Shown here one piece after another: positions 19,701 to 27,497 of a DNA stretch of 32,324 bases. Position 1 is the stretch's first letter; each line of letters begins with the position of its first letter. The DNA is from Verrucomicrobiales bacterium (lineage in GTDB: Bacteria > Verrucomicrobiota > Verrucomicrobiia > Verrucomicrobiales > SLCJ01): NCBI GenBank assembly GCA_046075565.1, contig JBJTQJ010000018.1, forward strand, positions 1 to 32,324, written 5' to 3'. Position numbers and translations under genes: made by a program. The notes under the pieces were generated by a model that saw only the letters and a list, made by a program, of their open reading frames with translations, made no database searches and had not been told where the DNA came from.

Positions 19701-21178
19701 ACCCTTCCGAACTCATCCGACTTCTTCTGCCCGAAGCCGTTCTCCTGGCGGCGGCTTTCGTGCTGCTTTCTTTTATAGCCGTGCCAAAGTTGCGCTAGGC
19801 GCATCCCGCATGGTCGCGGTTTGTCGCCCTCGCTGGATTCGTCGGCGCCGCCGCCGCCATGCTGCTCAAGGTTCCGGCGATCGATGGCGAGATGCCAAGC
19901 AATCCACTTTTCCGTCCGGATGGATTGGCCGATGTCGGGCGATTGTGGATCTTCCTGCTCGCCATTCCTGCGGTGATCACGCCGCCGAGTCGGAATGACG
20001 GACGCGCCCATGAGCATCTGGCTTTGATATTGTTTTCCGTGATTGGTCTATCGCTCGCGGTTGTTTCCGACCATCTGCTGATGCTGTTCGTGGCTCTTGA
20101 ACTGGCGGCGCTTTCATTCTACCTGCTCGTGGCTTGGAACCGAACCCGCGAGTCGGCGGCGGCGGGTATCCGGTTCTTCCTTTTCGGCGCGGTGGCCTCG
20201 GCGTTTTTTCTCTACGGGTGCAGTTTGATTTACGGGTCGGTTCCGCAATTGACCTTCCCCGCGATGCTGGAGCGATTCTCGAAGGTGCCGGTGCCGGATT
20301 TTGCCATGCTCGGCATTCTCATGATCGTGCTCGCCCTCGTTTTTAAACTCGCCGCCGCCCCGTTGCATGGGTGGGCCCCGGAGGTTTATGAAAAGGCGCC
20401 GGCACGGGTCGTCTTTCTCATCGCTGGCGCTTCGAAAGTCACGGCCTCCCTGGTGTTGGCCAAACTCTGTCTCTTTGCCTTCCCCCAACTCGCCGGTTCG
20501 GCGATATGGGGTGCCATGAAGCCGGGATGGACCCTCTGGTTTGCCGTCCTCGCGGTGGTCTCGATGATCTGGGGAAACTTTCTCGCCCTCGGGCAAAATT
20601 CCGTGCGCCGCTTGCTCGCAGCTTCGGCCATTGCGAATGCCGGATACGCGCTCGTCGGATTCGCCTCCGGCGGTGCGGGAGGGATCTCCATGGCGGTCCA
20701 TCACATGATTGTCGATGGCCTCGCCACCACCGGTGTGCTGGTGATTACCCATCGGGTGGTGGCCACGCGGGGAGGGGACTCGTTGGATCATTTCAGGGGC
20801 TTAGCGCGGCGAGACCCATGGCAGGCGGCGGCCTTGGTGATTTGTCTTGGTTCCTTGGCCGGACTGCCCCCCATGGCCGGCTTCTTTGGAAAATTCCAGC
20901 TTTTCGCCGCGGTTTTGGCGGAAACCGGTAACGGACTTCTCTGGCTGGTTGCGCTGGGAGCGGGACTGAGCGCGGTTTCCCTCTACTACTATCTGCGGGT
21001 TTTGCGTCGCGTCTTCGAGCGCGGGGAAGGGGAGCAAGAGGAAGGCGCCGAGGGCTTGCCCCACGCCGCTCTTTGGCCGATGACCGCGGTTCTCGGTCTC
21101 GGATTGCTGCCCTCCGTGCTGCTGGGCCCGCTTTTCCACGCGGTTTCGGAAGTGCTTTCGGCGATAGCATTGCCTTGA
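19697..21178 (+). pseudogene. nuoN: NADH-quinone oxidoreductase subunit N with an in-frame TAG at 19796-19798
   Basis: GTG overlaps the upstream TGA; MNPSELIRLLLPEAVLL is in the same frame as the 19859 ORF; LFVALEL, ESAAAGIRFF, FKLAAAPLHGWAPEVYE, SLAGLPPMAGFFGKF and SLYYYLR motifs. Confidence 0.85.
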
Positions 21179-21199
21179 CGACCACGGATTTCACGATTA

Positions 21200-21222
21200 A
21201 TGGTGACGTAGCTATCCTTTTA
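21200..21222 (+). promoter_or_regulatory. Candidate Rrf2 autoregulatory site GAC-N6-ATC
   Basis: GGTGAC-GTAGCT-ATCCTTTTA immediately before the Rrf2 start codon. Confidence 0.35.
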
Positions 21223-21773
21223 TGAACATGCTGTCCATGACCACCGGTTACGCGGTTTCCGCACTTTCTTTGATGGTGCAACGACCGGACGAATACATTC
21301 TGATTCGCGATATCGCCGAAGTGACAGGGGTGCCCGCGCCCTACCTATCGAAGGTGGCGCAGCGTTTGGTTGATCTCGGGCTCTTGGAATCAAAACGCGG
21401 TTATCGCGGTGGTGTCCGTCTGGCGGTTCCGGCGGAAGAATTGACCATTCTCCGAATCGACGAGGCGTTGGACATGGGGGACAACCGCCCGCGCTGTCTG
21501 CTCGGAGGAGTCGAGTGCAGTGACGAGAGGGCTTGTCCGGCGCATGAATTTTGGAAATCGACCCGCAAACAAATCCAAGAACGTCTGGCATCGCTGACCC
21601 TCGCGGATGTCACGGCCTTCGAGAAACATAAAACCGATTTCACGCCCTTCAATCCCGTGCGAAGGGAGCGCAAGGTTCCGAAGAAATACCGGAAACGGAA
21701 GACAGCCAAAGCGCCGGTGTCCAAAGCAACTGGTAAAGCCGCGAAGAAGAGCCGACGCAAGAAGAAGTCTTGA
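21222..21773 (+). CDS. Rrf2-family transcriptional regulator with an Fe-S Cys cluster and a Lys/Arg-rich tail
   Basis: IAEVTGVPAPYLSKV, LLESKRGYRGG, CLLGGVECSDERACPAHEFW. Confidence 0.92.
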   Translation: MNMLSMTTGYAVSALSLMVQRPDEYILIRDIAEVTGVPAPYLSKVAQRLVDLGLLESKRGYRGGVRLAVPAEELTILRIDEALDMGDNRPRCLLGGVECSDERACPAHEFWKSTRKQIQERLASLTLADVTAFEKHKTDFTPFNPVRRERKVPKKYRKRKTAKAPVSKATGKAAKKSRRKKKS

Positions 21774-21802
21774 GAGCGAGTGTTTCTCGTCGGTATTCAA
21801 AT

Positions 21803-22546
21803 TCATCGGCGCGGGCTTCCGAACCAACGCCGTATTCCAAACCCCAGCACGGCCATGGCCATCATGAAAGCATGCCGTGCACGCACATGGCCACCGGGTT
21901 GTTCTCTCCAATGGATGGGCAATTCCCGCAAGGTATAACCACGCTGATGCAGGGTGAGAGCGAGTTCGATATCGAAGGCGAAGTCGCGGCGCTTCAGATC
22001 CGCGCGAATGTCCTGATAAGCCGCGGTGGGCAAAGCCTTCAGCCCGCACTGTGTATCACGGACTGGCAGACACACCAGGACGTGGGTCAGGAGCCGGAAA
22101 CCGAAGCCGACGAGGTCGCGCAGTAGCGAGCGTTCGACTCCCTCCGCTTGCACCCGCGAGGCGAACCATGCCGTCTTTTGCGGACCTGCAATGGCTTCCG
22201 AAAGCAGACGGCGTGTTTCATCGGCGGGAACGGCTCCATCGGCATCCACGAACGCAAGCCAATCGCATTCTTCAACGAGGTGATTCCATCCGGAGTGCAC
22301 GGTGCCGCCTTTGCCGATGTTTTGGGGCAAGCGGAGGACAGGGCGGACATCAACGTGAGAACCATTTCGAACCGAATCGACAAATTCGGAGAGTTTGGTT
22401 GCTTCCACTTCGCCCGAACCATCATCGACAACTTGCACCACCACTCTGGCAGGCAACGTTGCAAGCTCGCCCAGCAACGCGGGAAGAAATTTTGGCAGAC
22501 GTGTGCTTTCCTTGAAACAAGGAATGACCAACCCGATAACAGACAA
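21803..22546 (-). CDS. Glycosyltransferase family 2 (polyprenol-phosphate glycosyltransferase-like)
   Basis: VIPCFKE, VDDGS, NIGKGG, FVDADG, DTQCGLK and FAFDIEL motifs. Confidence 0.88.
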   Translation of the reverse strand: MSVIGLVIPCFKESTRLPKFLPALLGELATLPARVVVQVVDDGSGEVEATKLSEFVDSVRNGSHVDVRPVLRLPQNIGKGGTVHSGWNHLVEECDWLAFVDADGAVPADETRRLLSEAIAGPQKTAWFASRVQAEGVERSLLRDLVGFGFRLLTHVLVCLPVRDTQCGLKALPTAAYQDIRADLKRRDFAFDIELALTLHQRGYTLRELPIHWREQPGGHVRARHAFMMAMAVLGFGIRRWFGSPRR

Positions 22547-22580
22547 TGGAGGTTCCGCGGCGATGCCAAGAGAACGCCGT

Positions 22581-24053
22581 TCAATTGCCTAGGCTTTCAG
22601 ATTCCGTCAAGCGGGCCGCGACCAAAGCACTTGCGGGAAGTCGAATCTTCTGGCCTTCTTGCAAAGGAGCATCTACCGGCAACGAATTCATCGCCGCCAA
22701 TTCTTCGCGGGAAAGGAAGTAACGTTTTGCGATCGAAAAGATCGAATCACCGAGATGAACCGTGTATTCGGCCATTTCAACTCCTTGGGCAGCGGCTGCG
22801 GGCTTCGCGGCAGGGCGCACGGAAGCACCGTCATTGTTGCGTGGTGGTGTCGTGGTCGAGGGAGAGGCGCCACCTCCGGCGGGTCCACGCCGAATCTTCA
22901 ACGATTGTCCCGGATGAATCGTATCATCCTTCAGGTTGTTTACTTTCCTCAGTTCATCAATTGGAGTATTCGTTTGGCGTGAGATGGAGGAGAGAGTATC
23001 GCCGGGTTTCACGATGTGGGTGCCAGGCGTGGGTATGCGAGGTTTTTCCGGCTCAGTTGGTTGCGTGGATGGGGCGGGTGCCGCGACGCTTGTGCCATCA
23101 GGTAGTTTCAACTTCATGCCAATCTGGATCGTCGATGGATTGGCGATACCGTTGATGCGGCAAAGCGCATCAACGGTTGTGCCGGAGCGACGGGCGATGG
23201 AATGCATTGTGTCACCGGACTGCACCACATAGCTGCCGGAAACGGCAGGGGCGGTCGGTTGGGTGTTGGTTGTCTCCGGCGGAGCGACTGGAGCGACAGC
23301 AACCGCGGCTGCGGAGCCTGACTTTAATTTGATCTTCTGACCAAGTTGCAATTTCTCCGGCACCAGGCCTGGATTGACTTTCAGCAACTCGGCTACCGTC
23401 GTCTTATTGCGCCGGGCGATGGCACTGAGGGTATCACCTGGTTGCACCGTCACTTCGTTGGCATTCGCCACCACGGGAGGAGCGACTGGTTCTGGAGGTC
23501 TCACCACCGGGGGCGAAGGCGGAATGGGGTCTACTGGCGGGGGAGCGGGGGGCTGAACCACGACCACGGGCGGAGTTGGAGGCGGAGCAACAGGTTCCAC
23601 GACCGGAGCGGGAGGTGGTGGGGGAGGAGGAATTGGCGGGGTGACAACGGCGACATCCGGCATTGGCGGAGGCGCTGGAACGGGCGGAGGGGGCGCGGTA
23701 ACCGGCGGAACTTCATTCAGCGGGACAGCGGGACGCACTTCCACCGGAGGAGTCGGGGCTGGTCCAGGATCGGGACTCGGAGGTGGCGGCGGATCCGGAG
23801 ATGGGGCAGGGGCAGGGGCAGGAAGCGGGGCGGGCTCGGGAGCGGGGCGCTCCGGTTCACGGCGAGGCAAAGGCGTGCCTTCTCGGCCAAGGCGATTGGA
23901 AAGACTCTGGATTTCGGCATCAAGGGCGAGGATCTCCGTCATCTGCTTTTCCAACCGCCCGCGGAGAACACCCATTTCTGTCGAGCTGTTTTCGGCCATT
24001 GCCAGCGAGGAACACGTGAGAGCAAGGGCGAGGGGGAGAGGCTTTAGTTTCAT
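22581..24053 (-). CDS. Secreted protein with a short coiled coil, a long Pro-rich linker and four LysM domains
   Basis: Signal peptide from ATG 24053; LysM starts VQPGDTLSAIA, VQSGDTMHSIA, VKPGDTLSSIS and VHLGDSIFSIA. Confidence 0.9.
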   Translation of the reverse strand: MKLKPLPLALALTCSSLAMAENSSTEMGVLRGRLEKQMTEILALDAEIQSLSNRLGREGTPLPRREPERPAPEPAPLPAPAPAPSPDPPPPPSPDPGPAPTPPVEVRPAVPLNEVPPVTAPPPPVPAPPPMPDVAVVTPPIPPPPPPPAPVVEPVAPPPTPPVVVVQPPAPPPVDPIPPSPPVVRPPEPVAPPVVANANEVTVQPGDTLSAIARRNKTTVAELLKVNPGLVPEKLQLGQKIKLKSGSAAAVAVAPVAPPETTNTQPTAPAVSGSYVVQSGDTMHSIARRSGTTVDALCRINGIANPSTIQIGMKLKLPDGTSVAAPAPSTQPTEPEKPRIPTPGTHIVKPGDTLSSISRQTNTPIDELRKVNNLKDDTIHPGQSLKIRRGPAGGGASPSTTTPPRNNDGASVRPAAKPAAAAQGVEMAEYTVHLGDSIFSIAKRYFLSREELAAMNSLPVDAPLQEGQKIRLPASALVAARLTESESLGN

Positions 24054-24208
24054 GGCTTGGAGAGCTTTTCCGAGGCGGAACTTGAATTTTTGGAATTCCC
24101 GTACGCTAAAATGCCGGGAAATGCGGCAAATGGCAAGAAAAATCCCTTCACACCCCGCCATCATCAATCTTTCCAGATTTTTAAGAATAATTGCGTTTTG
24201 CGGAAAAA

Positions 24209-25024
24209 ATGGCTAATTTTGCCGTCGTGGACCGAATTCTCCCCCGCCCGGTAGCTTTTCTCACCGCCCTTTTGCTTGGGGCGGGGGTGATTGCCATGAT
24301 TTGGGCGGCGTTCCGGCAAACGGCCGAAGACGAGGTCGGATTCTCTGATTCGGCCCCATTGGTTATTGTGGACGCCGGTCATGGGGGTGAGGATGGCGGC
24401 ACGGTTGTTTTTGGCGTCAGGGAGAAGGATGTCACGATCGATCTCGCGCTCAAACTGGAGCGTGAACTGGTGAAACGCGGCGTGAGGGTCGAAATGACCC
24501 GTCGCGATGACTCCACAGTCTCGCTGGCGGATCGGGTTGCTCTCGCCGCCAAGCATCCTGGCGCGGCTTTTGTCAGTTTGCACCTCAACCGTTTCGCCAG
24601 TCCCAAGGTGCGTGGTGCCGAAGTTTACATCTCCACACCCGAGCAACCGATCACCTTGCGACTCGAGCCCGGAGACAAAGGCCGGCCCTACCGCGACGGA
24701 CGAAGTGCCGAGTTGGGACGTCGGATTCTCGAGGAAATTGGTGTCACCACCGATTTGCCCGTTCGAGATGTTAGGGAATCCCGGATGTTTGTCACACGCG
24801 AGGCACCCTCGCCATCGGTGCTCGTTGAATGTGGTTTTCTCTCGAATCCTTCCGACGCGATGATTCTTTCAAAAGCGGAAGGACGAAAGGAAATTGCCCG
24901 TGCCATCGCAGCCGCGTGCGACCGCTACTTCCGCGAGACCAGGGAGAACCGTCTTTTGGGTTGTTCGCCCTGGTCAGAGGGCGGGCCCGCTCCCGTGATC
25001 GCCGGGCCGGAGGGGGAGCCATGA
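24209..25024 (+). CDS. N-acetylmuramoyl-L-alanine amidase (Amidase_3)
   Basis: N-terminal TM segment; IVDAGHGGEDGG, EKDVT, FVSLHLN and VLVECGFLSN Zn-ligand motifs. Confidence 0.92.
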   Translation: MANFAVVDRILPRPVAFLTALLLGAGVIAMIWAAFRQTAEDEVGFSDSAPLVIVDAGHGGEDGGTVVFGVREKDVTIDLALKLERELVKRGVRVEMTRRDDSTVSLADRVALAAKHPGAAFVSLHLNRFASPKVRGAEVYISTPEQPITLRLEPGDKGRPYRDGRSAELGRRILEEIGVTTDLPVRDVRESRMFVTREAPSPSVLVECGFLSNPSDAMILSKAEGRKEIARAIAAACDRYFRETRENRLLGCSPWSEGGPAPVIAGPEGEP

Positions 25025-25810
25025 GGAATTCTGGATCCATCCGCGTAATGGTGGCTCCTGGCCTCCTCTGGGAACCTCCACATAACTCCACCCGCTTTTC
25101 CTGACGACACGCAAGGAAGTTCCGCTTGGAACAGATTCCACAATCCGTTCCGTACTCCGCGTGGGTTCAGAGTAAAGCGGGGAATCCTTCATCAATTGGC
25201 CGTCGGCGAGCCAAACGCGCGGAGGTGAGTCGGGCGACGCCTTGACGGCGCGCTCTTTGACCATCCAAGCGGTTCCCGTGGTCCCTAGGGCAAGAGTTCC
25301 GGTCGAGAGGGAGATGATGGAAAGAATGGCCAGGCCACCTTTGCACTGTAGGAATAAACCCATGCCTCCGGCAATGGCGAGCCAAGCCGCCACGGACGCC
25401 GCGAGAACAAACGCTTCGACGGAGATGGAAAGCAAAAAACCGTCGATGGGCGATGGAGCAGGGGGCTCGACCACACCCTGGCTGCGTGCCAGAACTAACA
25501 AATTCTGCGACGCTTCGGGCTGGCCCGGTCGCAAGTCCAGCACCCGTCGGTAACTGAGCATGGCCTCGGCAACTTTTCCGTCTTTTTCCTGTCTCGCCTG
25601 CGCGTGTCCTAACAACAACAAGCTCTGCACCGACCACTCCGCCGGTGGTATCTCGGCCAATTTCGACTCTGCGCCGGCCCAATCGCCATTCGCGTAGCGC
25701 CGGGTGGCTTCCTCATATCTACCGTTAGCCGCCGACGAAACACCGGTTTCTGCCGCCATGGCCGGCAGGCAGGAGACAATCAAGATGAAAATGAGAGAGA
25801 TGCGCGACAT
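24974..25810 (-). CDS. BatE-like TPR / TM / SH3-like protein
   Basis: Signal peptide, TPR-like LGHAQARQ...AMLSYRRVLDLRP...ASQNL, two TM segments, C-terminal WSYVE...RGWI; last gene of the bat cluster. Confidence 0.75.
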   Translation of the reverse strand: MSRISLIFILIVSCLPAMAAETGVSSAANGRYEEATRRYANGDWAGAESKLAEIPPAEWSVQSLLLLGHAQARQEKDGKVAEAMLSYRRVLDLRPGQPEASQNLLVLARSQGVVEPPAPSPIDGFLLSISVEAFVLAASVAAWLAIAGGMGLFLQCKGGLAILSIISLSTGTLALGTTGTAWMVKERAVKASPDSPPRVWLADGQLMKDSPLYSEPTRSTERIVESVPSGTSLRVVRKSGWSYVEVPRGGQEPPLRGWIQNSSWLPLRPGDHGSGPAL

Positions 25811-25812
25811 GG

Positions 25813-27471
25813 TCAATGCGGGGCAACGAGCAGGCTTTCGAGTTTGGCGAGATCGGGATAGGAAATCCGCGCGCTCTTTGGCGTGTAGCGGGAGGAAGTG
25901 AGGGCTTCGCGCCAAGTCCGCAGATCGGCGGCCTCGTCTCGGGTGAGTGAGCGGGCAAAAGGCGAATTCGACCAATCTTCTTGCCAGCGCAGAGCGAGCA
26001 GCAGTCGCTCCTCTTCTTCTTTTGATCCCAATGCCATCCGGAGCGATTTTCTCATCCTCCGGCGACGGGCGGCCAACTGACCTGCCTCCGAGCGGCGGTA
26101 TTGATTCCACCAAGTTGCGCCGATGACCAGGAGAAGAAGGGTGAGGCCGGTGGCATGCACCGCGATGGTCACCGTGCGCAAGATCTCCCGATTGTTGTGC
26201 CAGCGTCCGGGCGCTGGAAGGTCCAACAAAAGTCCCTTGGCCACCAATGGCGGCGGAAGCGGCAACTCCGTGCTGGGCGCGGCCTGCGCTGGAGAGGTAG
26301 TCGTGCCCGTTGTCGTGGGAGGCGCGCCTCTCGCGGCCATGGGAAGTTCGAGAGGTTTTGATTCCGCGACCTCGTAAGCGCCCGACTCGGGATTCAGGTA
26401 GACAAGACGGAAGGGTGGAATGGCCGTGCCCGGATCGCGTAATGGCCGCAGGATACGACGGAAGCGCGCTTCCACTTCCGGGTCACTGGTATCCGCCGGT
26501 CGGACTTCCTTGGTTCCTTCGAAAATTTCCCATCCACTTTCATCCGCCAGTTGAGGAACCGTGATCTGGCTCTCATCACCTTTGCCATGCACTGTCAATT
26601 GGATGGCAATTGGATCTCCCGGTCTTCCGGGTGCGGGATCAAAGGAGGCATCGATGTTGAATTTTCCCACCGTGCCGGTGAAGCCTTCGGGTGCGCCCGC
26701 GGGGAAGGGGCGAATATTCAACTTTACCTCTTCACCCGTGGCGGTGACGGGGTAGTTGCGCCAGCGCGTAAATCCATCCGTGGAATTCTCGGTGACCGCA
26801 ACGGCGGCCTTTACCTCGGGTGGTCCGAGTTTCACTTCACCCGCTCCCATGGCCGTGGCCCGGGTCGAGTAAGCGAAAGAGACCCAGCTTCGACCGGCGT
26901 AGCGCACCCGGCCCTGAATGGGGTTCTCCAACCGTTCGACGGCCACGCCATCGCGAGGTAACTTCGGTTGATCGAGATTCTGCAGGTTGGCCGAAGCGTC
27001 CACGAGCACGAGCACCTGCATGGGGAATCGTTCGCCGCTGAAAAAATCCCGTCCCGGCGTCAGGGTGAGGCAATGAAGAAGCCGATTCGCTGGCGGCGGT
27101 GGACCAACCTCCTCTTCCTTCAGCACGTGCAGGACCAACTCCTTCGTGGATTCCGTGCCGCCGCCGCTGAGCGCGATGGGGAAAGACGGAATCCGAACCC
27201 GGCCGGTCACCGATTCTGGCACGAGTTCGAAACCCGCCACCACGTTTACCACATTACCCCGCCGAACCCGGCTGGCACCGATTGGTTGGATGGCGAATCC
27301 GGGAATCGCCGGTGGGGTGGGCATTTGTTCTATCCGGCCCTCCTCAATCTCGACTTCAAGCATACAACTCTGACCTAACAGAACCACCGACGGGCGAATG
27401 CGAGCGCGCGCCTCGGCGAATCCCAACGAAGGGACGATCAGGCAGAGCAACAAGCTGAGGAGGGCAATCAT
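25813..27471 (-). CDS. BatD-like protein
   Basis: Signal peptide, beta-rich modules, PEGFTGTVGKF, GDPIAIQLTVHGKG, IPPFRLVYLNPESGAY and a C-terminal TM segment; cluster position. Confidence 0.8.
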   Translation of the reverse strand: MIALLSLLLCLIVPSLGFAEARARIRPSVVLLGQSCMLEVEIEEGRIEQMPTPPAIPGFAIQPIGASRVRRGNVVNVVAGFELVPESVTGRVRIPSFPIALSGGGTESTKELVLHVLKEEEVGPPPPANRLLHCLTLTPGRDFFSGERFPMQVLVLVDASANLQNLDQPKLPRDGVAVERLENPIQGRVRYAGRSWVSFAYSTRATAMGAGEVKLGPPEVKAAVAVTENSTDGFTRWRNYPVTATGEEVKLNIRPFPAGAPEGFTGTVGKFNIDASFDPAPGRPGDPIAIQLTVHGKGDESQITVPQLADESGWEIFEGTKEVRPADTSDPEVEARFRRILRPLRDPGTAIPPFRLVYLNPESGAYEVAESKPLELPMAARGAPPTTTGTTTSPAQAAPSTELPLPPPLVAKGLLLDLPAPGRWHNNREILRTVTIAVHATGLTLLLLVIGATWWNQYRRSEAGQLAARRRRMRKSLRMALGSKEEEERLLLALRWQEDWSNSPFARSLTRDEAADLRTWREALTSSRYTPKSARISYPDLAKLESLLVAPH

Positions 27472-27497
27472 GGGAAAATGTCTAATCTCAAGTATGG

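Noticed and set aside
19796-19798. Pyrrolysine or recoded TAG in nuoN
   Set aside because: Other genes in the window use TAG as a normal stop (e.g. the DUF5329 and GT2 genes), no pyl genes are present, and the neighbouring gene is also broken
23800-23850. GGGGCA tandem repeat / G-quadruplex-like tract
   Set aside because: Explained by Pro-Ala codons of the LysM protein linker on the minus strand
24974-25024. 51-bp convergent overlap between the amidase and batE-like genes
   Set aside because: Short tail-to-tail overlaps are common in compact GC-rich genomes
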